DNA of 64,000 nucleotides from Nitrosopumilus sp. (GTDB taxonomy: Archaea; Thermoproteota; Nitrososphaeria; Nitrososphaerales; Nitrosopumilaceae). Position 1 is the stretch's first letter, and the number at the start of each line of letters is the position of its first letter. Below are positions 9,966 to 20,170 of the stretch, piece after piece. The position numbers were made by a program, and so were the translations under genes. The stretch is from assembly GCA_965205215.1 (NCBI GenBank), contig OZ242041.1:992001-1056000 (forward strand), read 5' to 3'. A model generated the notes under the pieces. The model was not told where the DNA came from, did no database searches, and was given only the letters and a program-made list of their open reading frames with translations.

Positions 9966-11028
9966 AGCCATATTCATCATAGACCTGCTTGCAATATTCG
10001 CGGTCTACGTGATCGTCAATCTGAGCCTGAACATGGAGTTCGGGTATACGGGGATCCCGAACTTCGGCAAGGTGCTAGCAGTTGGGGCGGGGGCGTTCGT
10101 CGCCGCGTCGATCCCGGGCAGGATATTTGCAGCCATGGCGGGCATCGAGGGGGATTATGTACTTGACAACCTCGCCATCGTTTCCCAAGTCAACGCGTGG
10201 CTGGTGGACAACACTGGAATCGGGTTTGCCATCTTCTTCCTGACGCTGGGAATAGCCGCCGCCGTGGGAGGGGGACTGGGAATCCTCACGTCATATCCTG
10301 CGATACGCATGCGCGGCGACTACCTCGCCATCACGCTGCTGGCATTTGGCGAGAGCATCCGAATAATCGGAAACAACTTCACCCCTCTTGCGGGCGGGAC
10401 GCTGGGAGTCCAGCTGCCGGACCCGCTGTCCTTCCTACCCGACGAGATCCGCTTCTCGGTGGCCACGCTGGGGCTGGTTCTCATTGCGGCTGCCGTCTTT
10501 GTCTTCAGCGAGAAGATGATCCGCTCGCCGCTTGGAAGGGTGCTTCGGGCCGTCCGCGACAACGAGGTCGCCGCGGAGTCCCTGGGGAAGGACACGGCGC
10601 GGATCAGGATGAAGGTGATCATGATATCGGCCGCGCTCGCCGCGGTGGGCGGCGCGCTGTACGCGTTCTACGTGGGCGGGGCCATTGCGTTTGCATACGA
10701 CAGGGCGAGCTGGACGTTCTGGCCGTTCCTCATGATTCTGATAGGCGGGCTTGCAAACAACAAAGGGGTCCTGTTCGGCACACTGATCTTCGTCACCGTG
10801 CGAAAGCTCATCATCTTCTTCAAAGACTCCTTTGAGGGACTGGTCCCCTTTGACATCATCTGGCTTGACTTTCTGCTACTGGGTGTGATACTGCTGGCGA
10901 TACTGTTGTACCGCCCGCAAGGGCTGTTCGTGGAAAAGCCTACCGCGACGATCGGGAGGGGTGCGGGACGCGTCAGAAAGGGGCGGGGCGGGGCGGGAAG
11001 AAGGCTGTTCGACTTTCTTTTCAGATAG
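9949..11028 (+). CDS. livM: Branched-chain amino acid ABC permease (LivM-like)
   Basis: SLNMEFGYTGIPNFG, RMRGDYLAITLL, SPLGRVLRAVRDNE, RPQGL. Confidence 0.88.
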   Translation: MVLETEAIFIIDLLAIFAVYVIVNLSLNMEFGYTGIPNFGKVLAVGAGAFVAASIPGRIFAAMAGIEGDYVLDNLAIVSQVNAWLVDNTGIGFAIFFLTLGIAAAVGGGLGILTSYPAIRMRGDYLAITLLAFGESIRIIGNNFTPLAGGTLGVQLPDPLSFLPDEIRFSVATLGLVLIAAAVFVFSEKMIRSPLGRVLRAVRDNEVAAESLGKDTARIRMKVIMISAALAAVGGALYAFYVGGAIAFAYDRASWTFWPFLMILIGGLANNKGVLFGTLIFVTVRKLIIFFKDSFEGLVPFDIIWLDFLLLGVILLAILLYRPQGLFVEKPTATIGRGAGRVRKGRGGAGRRLFDFLFR

Positions 11029-11302
11029 GCCGCGCAGGCCCGGCCCAGAATCCTGGTCTGGCTCTCGATACTTGCCTGTGCTTCTTCCAAGACCCTTCCT
11101 AGATCTCGACTCGGGCCTGCATTTCGTTTAGAATCCTCTCTTGGGCGTGGGAGGAGGATTCCCTCCGGCGCCTGCCGTATGGGGGCAGGATCTAAGGTTT
11201 GCGACCAATTTTTCTACGCTAATTGATCGTCATCCTGCGTCACACAGCTTAAACCCGAGGCTGTGCCAAGCATTTAAGAACTATGCACGCCGGTGTGTGG
11301 CA

Positions 11303-13765
11303 TTGGATTCAAAGAAGGGCGCCGCGATCGGGGTTGGAATAGCCGTGGTAATTGCTGCTGCCGTGGCGGCAGGCATGATGGGTTCGGCTCCCGTGGATGA
11401 GGCGGATGATCAGGTAGCTCCGGATAACGAAGGCATGCCGGAGGCGCCGGCCGTTGAGGAGGCGGTAGTGGAAGGAGGGGACGGGCTCTCAGGCGACGTT
11501 ACGATAGGGCTGATCCTGCCGCTCACGGGGGATCTGGCGCACAAGGGCCACGAGAACTGGGAGGGCTCAAAGTTCGGGCTGCAGCAGTTCAACAGGTACC
11601 TTGAGGAGAGGGGCGAGCAGTGGCGGCTCAGGATGGTCTCAGAGGACTCTGCGACCAACCCGGTCGTGGCGCTCGAGAAGCTCACCTCGCTCAAGGCAAA
11701 GGGGATTGACATCGTGGTCGGCCCCGAGACGAGCTCCAACATACGAAACATCAAGGGCTACGCGGACTCCAACAACATGCTACTGTTCAGCTGCTGCTCA
11801 ACTGCTCCCGCGCTCTCGATCCCGGGCGACAGCGTCTACCGCCTGGTTCCAAACGACACGTTCCAAGGGACGGCAATCGCAAAGAAGATCCAGCACGACG
11901 GCGCCCAGGTCCTGGTTCCGATGTGGAGGGGCGACGCCTGGGGCGACGGACTCACAGAGGCCACGGCAAAGTCCATCGGGGAGCGCGGCCTTGCGGTGGC
12001 GGAGGGGGTGAGGTACAACCCCGAGTCGCCGGAGCTCTCCGCGTCCGTGTCGCTGCTGGCCGCGCAGGTGCAGGAGATGGCAGAGGATTACGATACTGAC
12101 AAGATAGCAGTCGCGATATTCGGCTTTGGCGAGACGGTAAACGTGGTGCAGGCGGCGGCGCAACATGACATACTTGACGACGTCAGGTGGTACGGCGGGG
12201 ACTCCAACGTAAAGGAGATCGGGTTCATCGAGGATCCGATAGCGTCCGAGTTTGCAAACAAGGTCCAGTTTACCGCCAGCCAGTTCTCAATATCGGAGAA
12301 CGAGGTTACAGAACAGATTGATGCCCACGTGCTAGAGGCCCTGGGACGGGAGGGGTACGCCTACATCAACACGTCCCACGACGTGGTGTGGCTCCTCGGA
12401 CTTGCCATACTGGAGGCGCAGAGCACGGACGTGGATGCGGTAAAGGCAGTGCTTCCGGAGGTGGCCTCCAAGTACTCGGGCGCCCTTGATTCGGTAGATC
12501 TGAACGAGGCCGGCGACCTCAGCGGCGCGGACTATGGGGTCTGGAGCATAATAGACAACGAGTGGGTGCTCGCCAGCGTGTATGACTTTGAGACCGACTC
12601 CATAGTAGATCCGGCCGGCGATGCGGCCGGACTCTCAGGCGACGTTACGATAGGGCTGATCCTGCCACTCACGGGGGATCTGGCGCACAAGGGCCACGAG
12701 AACTGGGAGGGCTCAAAGTTCGGGCTGCAACGGTTCAACGAGTACCTCGAGGAGAGGGGCGAGCAGTGGCGGCTCAGGATGGTCTCAGAGGACTCTGCGA
12801 CCAACCCGGTCGTGGCGCTCGAGAAGCTCACCTCGCTCAAGGCAAAGGGGATCGACCTCGTGGTCGGCCCCGAGACGAGCGCAAGCATACGAAACGTCAA
12901 GGGCTATGCGGACTCCAACAACATGCTCCTGTTCAGCTGCTGCTCCAGCGCGCCAGCGCTCGCGATCGCAGGCGACAGCGTCTACCGCCTGGTTCCAAAC
13001 GACACGCTGCAGGGCACGGCAATCGCAAAGAAGATCCAGCACGACGGCGCCCAGGTCCTGGTTCCGATGTGGAGGGGCGACGCCTGGGGCGACGGGCTCA
13101 TGGAGGCCACGGCAAAGTCCATCGAGGAGCGCGGCCTTGCGGTGGCAGAAGGGGTGAGGTACAATCCCGAGTCGCCGGAGTTCTCCGCGTCCGTGTCGCT
13201 GCTGGCCGCGCAGGTGCAGGAGCTGGCAGAGGATTACGAGACTGGCGAGATAGCAGTCGCGATATTCGGCTTTGGCGAGACGGTAAACGCGGCCCAGACC
13301 GCATCCCAGTACGACATACTTGGTGACGTCAGGTGGTACGGCGGGGCCTCCAACGTAAAGGAGATCGGGTTCATCGAGGATCCGATAGCATCCGAGTTTG
13401 CAAACAAGGTACGGTATACTTCCAGCCAGTTCTCAATATCAGAAAACGAGATCACCAAAAAGATAGATGCCCACGTGCTAGAGGCCCTGGGACGGGAGGG
13501 GTACGCCTACATCAACACGTCCCACGACGTGGTGTGGCTCTTCGGACTCTCCATACTGGAGGCGCAGAGCACGGACGTGGATGCGGTAAAGGCAGTGCTT
13601 CCGGAGGTGGCCTCCAAGTACTCGGGCGCCCTTGATTCGGTAGATCTGAACGAGGCCGGCGACCTCGGCGCCGCGGACTATAGGATCTGGAGCGTCATAG
13701 ACAACGAGTGGGTGATTGCCGACGTGTACGACTTTGAGACAGATTCCATAGTGCCCCCGGCCTGA
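11303..13765 (+). CDS. Membrane-anchored ABC substrate-binding protein with two tandem LivJ/K-like domains
   Basis: N-terminal TM anchor (start inferred at TTG 11303, TTTAAG box upstream); two copies of IGLILPLTGDLA...VVGPETS...DLNEAGD. Confidence 0.88.
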   Translation: MDSKKGAAIGVGIAVVIAAAVAAGMMGSAPVDEADDQVAPDNEGMPEAPAVEEAVVEGGDGLSGDVTIGLILPLTGDLAHKGHENWEGSKFGLQQFNRYLEERGEQWRLRMVSEDSATNPVVALEKLTSLKAKGIDIVVGPETSSNIRNIKGYADSNNMLLFSCCSTAPALSIPGDSVYRLVPNDTFQGTAIAKKIQHDGAQVLVPMWRGDAWGDGLTEATAKSIGERGLAVAEGVRYNPESPELSASVSLLAAQVQEMAEDYDTDKIAVAIFGFGETVNVVQAAAQHDILDDVRWYGGDSNVKEIGFIEDPIASEFANKVQFTASQFSISENEVTEQIDAHVLEALGREGYAYINTSHDVVWLLGLAILEAQSTDVDAVKAVLPEVASKYSGALDSVDLNEAGDLSGADYGVWSIIDNEWVLASVYDFETDSIVDPAGDAAGLSGDVTIGLILPLTGDLAHKGHENWEGSKFGLQRFNEYLEERGEQWRLRMVSEDSATNPVVALEKLTSLKAKGIDLVVGPETSASIRNVKGYADSNNMLLFSCCSSAPALAIAGDSVYRLVPNDTLQGTAIAKKIQHDGAQVLVPMWRGDAWGDGLMEATAKSIEERGLAVAEGVRYNPESPEFSASVSLLAAQVQELAEDYETGEIAVAIFGFGETVNAAQTASQYDILGDVRWYGGASNVKEIGFIEDPIASEFANKVRYTSSQFSISENEITKKIDAHVLEALGREGYAYINTSHDVVWLFGLSILEAQSTDVDAVKAVLPEVASKYSGALDSVDLNEAGDLGAADYRIWSVIDNEWVIADVYDFETDSIVPPA
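11486..13752 (+). repeat. Intragenic tandem duplication, 1146-bp period
   Basis: ctctcaggcgacgttacg at 11486 and 12632; near-identical sequence thereafter. Confidence 0.92.
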
Positions 13766-14493
13766 CGTTCGCCACGACCGAATTCTGGCCGCCGTCGTCA
13801 AAACAAACCCGGAGCGTACCGGGCCATGGGCCGTTTGGGTTCCTCTGCGGCGGTCATCCGATCGAGGGAGCTGGCCGTCCACAGGGACGGGTTAAAGAAC
13901 GGAGCAGCCGAGGAAGTCATGCGCGGCGATGCCTGCAATCAGCGGAATCTTGTACCTGGCCTTCAATTATCTTGACTGGACCTGTCATGTTCATAAAGGG
14001 TTTCACCCGGCCATTACGGGCCGCAGTATCCACGGGTCGCCAAGGCGTGCGATGGCCAAAATAGACCATTAGCGTGCCCGCACGGACAGGACCGTGCCGG
14101 ATATCCCGGCATCCTGCCTCAGAATATCGTGATCATGGACAGGCCCGAGGCGGCAGTCAGTGTCGGCATACGTCCCGACGACTTCATCAAAGACCCTGCA
14201 TCCCACCATTGGTCTCTCCGAAGAGAGTGTCCCTGTCTCAAAAAACACGAAAAAGAAGACAAAAATCGCGTTGGCCAGCACGATGGCTTGACAACACCGC
14301 GCGCATGATTAGTCTTTTAAGACGGCTATGCGCAGGCACGACGGCCGCGATGAAGAATCAGAGTTATGTCTGAGATGATGATGTAAAGGCATTTGTCTGA
14401 GCAGGCTGCTATACGGACGGACACCGGCGTGGTTGTACTGCTGTGGGGCGTCCCAACCGCAGAGATTTATTTTAGCATGTGCCGCATTTAGCC

Positions 14494-16152
14494 ATGCCCG
14501 AGATATGGCTCAATTACGGGGCGGCGGAGGTGGTCTTGGAGATAATGGCCGAGAACTTGGAGGAGACGATCAATTCAGGCGGCAGCGGCAGCGACAACAG
14601 CATGGTAAGCAAGGTCGGAAGCCTTGGAGGGGAGTCGGTGATGCCGCCTGGCTCCGCTGGAGATGATGGCGATGGTGGCGATGGTGGCGATGGTGGCGAT
14701 GGTGGCGATGGTGATGGCGATGGTGATAGCGATGGTGGTGATGGTGATGATGGTAACAGCGGTGGTAGAGATACCGCCGCTGAAGGCGGCGGGGATAACG
14801 GCGATGCCGATAGCGGTGATGAGGACAGCACGGGCCACGGCAACGGAGATGCCGGCTCGGGCGTCGACATGCCTGCTGAACCCGCCGCCGACAGCAATGG
14901 CGGAACCGACGCCCTGCCTGACGGCGACGCCGACGGCCGCGCCGGGGCCGGCGGCAGCAGTATTGATGGTACCGATGACAATGCCAGTGACGACGACGCC
15001 GGCGGCAAAGCCTACGATGGCGTTTCTGTCACCACCGCCGCTGGCAGCATGGCGCGCGCAAGAGACCACATCTCCGCTCCGCGCCAGCTAGAATCCGTCG
15101 AGATCTCCGATATCCTGCGTGACATCGACGTGGCAAGACCCTTCGATCTGGTCCTGCTGCACGACTCGCAGGCGGTGCGGCAGGTGGTGTCTTCCGTGTT
15201 TATGATGTGCGAGCAACGGGCGGCCCAGTTTCCAGGCATATTGGCCGACCGGGACGTCCTGCCTGCCATAAAGCCCGGACTGCCGGAGGGAAGCGTGGCG
15301 GCCGAGTTCTCTGCTGATGTGATCGGAGGCGGGCATGGCCATGCCGGCGGCGGCAGCGACAACAACGCAGGAGATGCGGCCGACCTCGACGCGGCCGGGA
15401 AAAAACGCAACCTGATCTTTGTGGCCGAGGCCGAGTTTGACGGATTGTTCGGGTACGAGACCGTGTCGACCCGGCTGCTTCGCCGGTTCGGATCCGACGA
15501 GATGCTTGCCGCGTATGCAAAGCGCGACGGAAACATGCCGTCGCCGGGCCGCCGGACTGGAAGCTTTGCAGAGGCGGTAAAGTTTGCCGACCGGTTCGAG
15601 ATGGGCGGGATCGACATAGTGGCAAGCTCGGGCGGCATATCTGACATCTTCACCGGGCACCCGTCTGAGACCGCCGCAAAGGCCTCCGCGTCACTCGAGT
15701 CCGGCTTTATGCTGGACGTGGAGCAGCAGAGGACCCTGATTGCAAGCACGGGCAAGGCGTCAAGCAACGCCACGCTCGGCGACGCCCTCTCCTCAGTGTG
15801 GAACTGCCACCAGGCGGTGCGCGACCGCGGGCTGCTCGTGCTGGTGGCCGAGTGCGCGCGCGGCCTGGGGCCGGACGCGATCCGGATGCGCGTGGAGGGG
15901 GTGCTGCAGCCGGAGGAGCTCCCCAACCCGTCCACATACGTGGACGGCATGGAGGAGCTGCTGTTCCTGCAGGAGGTGCAGAAGCGGTGCCAGGTCGCGC
16001 TTGTCTCGGTACTGCCGGAGATGTACACCAAGAGGCTCGGACTGGTCTCGCTTGGGGGCATGCAGGAGTCCGTCACATACCTCAAAAAGACGCAGGGCGC
16101 GCGGCAAAAGGCCTCAGTCGTTATGGACGGGTCGCGCCTGCTGCTAAGGTAG
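14494..16152 (+). CDS. Conserved thaumarchaeal protein with LarA-like C-terminal region and a long acidic Gly/Asp insertion
   Basis: MPEIWLNYG start; C-terminal AVRDRGLLVLVAECARGLG...VVMDGSRLL resembles the lactate racemase C-terminal domain. Confidence 0.6.
   Translation: MPEIWLNYGAAEVVLEIMAENLEETINSGGSGSDNSMVSKVGSLGGESVMPPGSAGDDGDGGDGGDGGDGGDGDGDGDSDGGDGDDGNSGGRDTAAEGGGDNGDADSGDEDSTGHGNGDAGSGVDMPAEPAADSNGGTDALPDGDADGRAGAGGSSIDGTDDNASDDDAGGKAYDGVSVTTAAGSMARARDHISAPRQLESVEISDILRDIDVARPFDLVLLHDSQAVRQVVSSVFMMCEQRAAQFPGILADRDVLPAIKPGLPEGSVAAEFSADVIGGGHGHAGGGSDNNAGDAADLDAAGKKRNLIFVAEAEFDGLFGYETVSTRLLRRFGSDEMLAAYAKRDGNMPSPGRRTGSFAEAVKFADRFEMGGIDIVASSGGISDIFTGHPSETAAKASASLESGFMLDVEQQRTLIASTGKASSNATLGDALSSVWNCHQAVRDRGLLVLVAECARGLGPDAIRMRVEGVLQPEELPNPSTYVDGMEELLFLQEVQKRCQVALVSVLPEMYTKRLGLVSLGGMQESVTYLKKTQGARQKASVVMDGSRLLLR
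14661..14760 (+). repeat. GAT/GGC/GGT trinucleotide microsatellite encoding Asp-Gly repeats
   Basis: (gatggtggc)n and variants visible. Confidence 0.9.
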
Positions 16153-17253
16153 GAGCGGGATGCCCGACGGGATCGGGGCGCACAGTACCGCGAGCGCCAC
16201 TATCCCCAGGTATGCCACCTTTCTGTTGGACGGGAGCTCCGACACGTCGTCCAGGGGGCTGGCGCTCGGGTTGCGCGAACTCATGAACAGTATCAGTATG
16301 GCCATTATCCAGTATCCCAGTATGACGAGCACCGCGAGGCTCCCGTAGGTGGCGTACCTGTGCAACTTCTGGCCCATCAGCGTCCTTGCCATGTGCCCCC
16401 CGTCGAGCTGCCATGCGGGCAGCAGGTTGAGAAACGTGATCAGGAACCCTATCCACGCCGCAAACAGTATGGGCGTCATTATCACCTCCCCGCCCTCGAC
16501 TCCCTTGCCGAACGCGGCCAGGCTTGCCGTCATCAGGAGGGGCTCGCCCAGGTTCCACTCGCCGAGCGCGTTGGACTCGAAGAGGCCGGCGGCCACGTCG
16601 TCTGCTATGACGGGGGCCGTGTACGCGCCGTACACGGACACCATGACGGCGACCACAAGCCCGGCCACGGGGCCCGCTATGGCCACGTCAAAGAGTATGG
16701 GGCGGTTTATCGTCAGGCCCCTCGACTGGATGAACGCGCCAAACGTTGGGATTCCAATTACGGGCAGCCCCGGTATAAAGTAGGGCCACGTCGTCTTCAG
16801 GCCGTGCATGCGCGCGGCGACGAGGTGCCCCGCCTCGTGCACCCCGAGTATGCCGAGCAGCGCCAGCGTGTATATGACCGCCATGCTGAGCGGGTCGCCT
16901 ATCTCGATTACGGTGTTGGTGCCGGCCGTGCGATAGAACCCGTCGATCATCACGAATGTGACCACGACGCCGAAGAGCAGCCGCGGCGTCCACGACGAGT
17001 TGAGTATCCTGCCGCCCTTCTCCTTTTTGTAGAACTTTTGCACGATGATGTGCCGCGAGCCGCCTGACTCGACCAGCCTTGCGACGTATCCTGTGCCCTC
17101 CAGCGCCTTGGCCAGCCCCTCGAACTTCTCCCTTACTACATGGTCGCTTATGCTGAACTCTAGAGAAAACTCCGTCTTTGTCATCGAGTCGACCGCAAAC
17201 GCGGAGTGCACCATCTGTATGACGGCCGCATGCGGTCCGTCCTCCCCGTCCAT
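16144..17253 (-). CDS. Site-2 protease (M50 family)
   Basis: HEAGH zinc motif, IAGP, NLLPAWQLDGGH. Confidence 0.92.
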   Translation of the reverse strand: MDGEDGPHAAVIQMVHSAFAVDSMTKTEFSLEFSISDHVVREKFEGLAKALEGTGYVARLVESGGSRHIIVQKFYKKEKGGRILNSSWTPRLLFGVVVTFVMIDGFYRTAGTNTVIEIGDPLSMAVIYTLALLGILGVHEAGHLVAARMHGLKTTWPYFIPGLPVIGIPTFGAFIQSRGLTINRPILFDVAIAGPVAGLVVAVMVSVYGAYTAPVIADDVAAGLFESNALGEWNLGEPLLMTASLAAFGKGVEGGEVIMTPILFAAWIGFLITFLNLLPAWQLDGGHMARTLMGQKLHRYATYGSLAVLVILGYWIMAILILFMSSRNPSASPLDDVSELPSNRKVAYLGIVALAVLCAPIPSGIPLLP

Positions 17254-17338
17254 GTCAAGTGTGGGCGGTGCGGCTCTTATTGTCTCTTGCTTGCCGCAGC
17301 GGACTTGAATTAAATATCGTCGCCGCCAATTTGCGCGC

Positions 17339-17836
17339 ATGCAGGTGATCCTCAGGAGCGTGGGAGGTTGTAGCATACGAAGGGCCGACGTGTCCGACAT
17401 AGTCCCCGTGATGGAGGTCAACCTGCGGACGCTGCCGGAGCACTACTCGGACTATTTCTACGAGGCCATACTCTCGGAGCTGCCGGAGGCCTTCCTGGTG
17501 GCCGAGGCCGACGGCCGCCACGTCGGGTACATCATGTGCAAGATCGAGCACGGCTTCTCCAACTTTAAGAGGCTGGGCTTTGTCAAGAAGGGGCACATGG
17601 TATCCGTCGCCGTGCTTGACCGGTACCGCAGGGGCGGGATCGGACGGGCCCTGGTCGAGGAGGCCACGAAGGGCATCGCCGTGCGCGGGTGCGACGAGTT
17701 CTACCTGGAGGTGCGGTGCAGCAACACCGGCGCCGTAAAGCTGTACGAGGATCTCGGCTTTGAGGTTCGGCAGAGGCTTGGCGCGTACTACAAGGACGGG
17801 GAGGACGCGTACCTGATGTCCCTTGAGATGAACTGA
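17339..17836 (+). CDS. N-terminal acetyltransferase (RimI/Ard1-like GNAT)
   Basis: LPEHY, GHMVSVAV..YRRGGIG, LEVRCSN..A..LY, YYKDGEDAY. Confidence 0.92.
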   Translation: MQVILRSVGGCSIRRADVSDIVPVMEVNLRTLPEHYSDYFYEAILSELPEAFLVAEADGRHVGYIMCKIEHGFSNFKRLGFVKKGHMVSVAVLDRYRRGGIGRALVEEATKGIAVRGCDEFYLEVRCSNTGAVKLYEDLGFEVRQRLGAYYKDGEDAYLMSLEMN

Positions 17837-17969
17837 TCTTTTTGCGCGACGCGGGCGGCGGTGGCGACGACGACGACGGGGCGCCCCGCCTGATCACGAG
17901 ATTGCAGGCGCGGCGCAGCGCCTCCCGCGCCAACCATGTTGCGTCCATGGCGTATGCGTAACATCTAAA

Positions 17970-19700
17970 ATGGCCGTACCGGGTCCGTTCGGTGTGAAGG
18001 TAAGGGTATCTGGAACCGCCAAGCCCGGAGTTGAGATGTTGTGCGGGTTCGCGTTCTCTGATGACAAGGGACTGCCCCGCTTTGTGAGCGCGGGCGGACA
18101 CGGCAATGCCGTACCTGACAAGGACCTTGCATCGGCCCTGAGGCAGACTGCCCGGGACGTGGCAGGCAAGCAGGGCAGGATTGCCGTGATTCCGGTCCCG
18201 TCCAAAAGGCCGGCAAGGCGCCTGCTTGTCGCGGGTCTTGGAAGCCACAAGGAGGCCACGTACGACGCGGTGCGCCACGTGTCCGGAAAGATTGCAAAGA
18301 AGGCGGCGGAGCTAAAGCTCGGGGAGTTTGCCGTCGTGGTACCGCGGCTTGGAGCCGGTTCCACGCAGGCCGGAGCCGCCTCTGCCATTGTGGAGGGCTC
18401 GAAGATGGCCACATACAAGTTTGACAGGTTCAAGGGCGCAGGCGGTGACGACGGCGACGTCGGTGACGACGGCGACGGCGACGGCGGTTTCGGATATGGC
18501 GCAGAGGGCGGGGGCGCGACTCGCGGCTCTTCCCCGCCCGTCACCAGATCGGGACTGGTCTCCGAGGTGCTCTCGGCCGGGGACGCGGCAGGCCCCGACT
18601 TGGTTATCGTGTGCGACGGCCCGCCAAAGAAGGAGCAGAAGAAGAAGGGGGAGACGCTTGACGACGTATCGAAGGCGGTGCGGACATCCTCCGTGATATC
18701 AGACGGCAACCTGTTCGTGCGCAGCGTGGCAAACCTGCCCCCGAACGAGTGCACTCCCCAGACGCTTGCCGACATTGCGCGCGGGATCGCCAGAAAGGAC
18801 GGCCGCCTCAAGTGCACCGTGGTGTCAAAGGGCGCCCTCAAGAGGCGCGGCTTTGGGGGCATCACGGCGGTGGGGCAGGGCAGCAAGAACGAGCCCAAGC
18901 TGATAATACTCGAGTACAGGGGCGCCCCGGGCCGCAGGAGCGGTCGGGCCTCTTCTGCCGCCGCCGCCGGGCCGATTGTTCTGGTCGGCAAGGCCGTCAC
19001 GTTTGACACGGGCGGGATATCGCTCAAGCCGGGGGCCAGCATGGACGAGATGAAGTTTGACAAGTGCGGAGGTTGCACAGTCCTTGGCATAATCAGGACG
19101 GCCGCCAAGCTGCGGCTGAAAACCGACATCGTGTGCATAGTTCCCGCGGTGGAGAACATGCCCGGCGGCGAGTCGTACAGGCCCGGCGACATCATACGGC
19201 TGTACAGCGGCAAGACTGCGGAGATACTGAACACGGACGCGGAGGGCAGGCTCATCCTCGCAGACGCCCTTGCATACGGGGAGCGCCACCACAGGCCCAG
19301 GGAGATAATCGACTTTGCCACGCTGACCGGAGCGTGCATCGTCGCGCTGGGAAACGACGTGGCCGGAATGGTCTCAAACGACTCGGGCCTGGCAGATGCA
19401 ATCAGGCAGTCCGCCGCGCGCACCTCCGAGTCGGTATGGGAGCTCCCGCTTGACCAGAACTACATGGACATGATAAAGTCGCCCGTGGCCGACATGAGGA
19501 ACATGGGGATCGGGAGGGCCGCGGGCACCATTGTGGCGGCCGCATTTCTGAGAAACGCGATAGAGGACACGCCGTGGGCGCACCTGGACATAGCCGGGGT
19601 GGCCTGGACGCAGACGTCCACAAAGTCGCGCTCCTACAAGTCAAAGGGGGCCACGGGGTTCGGGCTGCGGCTCGTAATGGATCACCTGCTTGAGCAGTGA
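17970..19700 (+). CDS. pepA: Leucyl aminopeptidase (M17)
   Basis: VGKAVTFDTGGISLK, MKFDKCG, NTDAEGRL, ATLTGA, WAHLDIAG; start uncertain. Confidence 0.95.
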   Translation: MAVPGPFGVKVRVSGTAKPGVEMLCGFAFSDDKGLPRFVSAGGHGNAVPDKDLASALRQTARDVAGKQGRIAVIPVPSKRPARRLLVAGLGSHKEATYDAVRHVSGKIAKKAAELKLGEFAVVVPRLGAGSTQAGAASAIVEGSKMATYKFDRFKGAGGDDGDVGDDGDGDGGFGYGAEGGGATRGSSPPVTRSGLVSEVLSAGDAAGPDLVIVCDGPPKKEQKKKGETLDDVSKAVRTSSVISDGNLFVRSVANLPPNECTPQTLADIARGIARKDGRLKCTVVSKGALKRRGFGGITAVGQGSKNEPKLIILEYRGAPGRRSGRASSAAAAGPIVLVGKAVTFDTGGISLKPGASMDEMKFDKCGGCTVLGIIRTAAKLRLKTDIVCIVPAVENMPGGESYRPGDIIRLYSGKTAEILNTDAEGRLILADALAYGERHHRPREIIDFATLTGACIVALGNDVAGMVSNDSGLADAIRQSAARTSESVWELPLDQNYMDMIKSPVADMRNMGIGRAAGTIVAAAFLRNAIEDTPWAHLDIAGVAWTQTSTKSRSYKSKGATGFGLRLVMDHLLEQ

Positions 19701-19716
19701 GCTACGTCGCGCGCAA

Positions 19717-19848
19717 CTAGTACCCGCGGCTGTTCCTGTCCGGCTTGCCCACGTTGGGGTTTCTCCAGCCGTGCTTTTCCATCATGTGGTTGAGCAGCCT
19801 GATGTCGTTGTCGCACCGTTCGCCGCATACGGAGCACGTGGGACTCAT
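19717..19848 (-). CDS. 43-aa C2H2 zinc-finger microprotein
   Basis: C-x2-C-x12-H-x4-H (CSVC...HMMEKH); TTAATAT box about 24 nt upstream of the ATG. Confidence 0.65.
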   Translation of the reverse strand: MSPTCSVCGERCDNDIRLLNHMMEKHGWRNPNVGKPDRNSRGY

Positions 19849-20170
19849 GGCATGCGCGGCGCGCGCGGCCGATATTAACCGTGTGCCTTGTAGCGGTGAC
19901 GATGGTGGCAACGACGATGGCGGCAACGACAATGGCAATGATGATGATGAAAATGCCAGCACTGTTGCTTCCCAAGGGCTCTCGCATCTTAGTAGCACAA
20001 CAGCGACATCAGGTTTGACTTCCAAGTTCGGAACGGGATTGGGTCGCGCCCTGACGCTATGGCCGGCTTGGCCCGTGTACTCGACGCCTGCCTATTAACG
20101 TAACGGATCCCGTCCCGCGGCGCGCATGGGCGCACGCAAGTATAAAGCGAGGCCGCCCCACACATGGTTC

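Noticed and set aside
13766-14493. Short ORFs 14069-14281 and 14074-14373
   Set aside because: No recognisable family; possibly decayed sequence.
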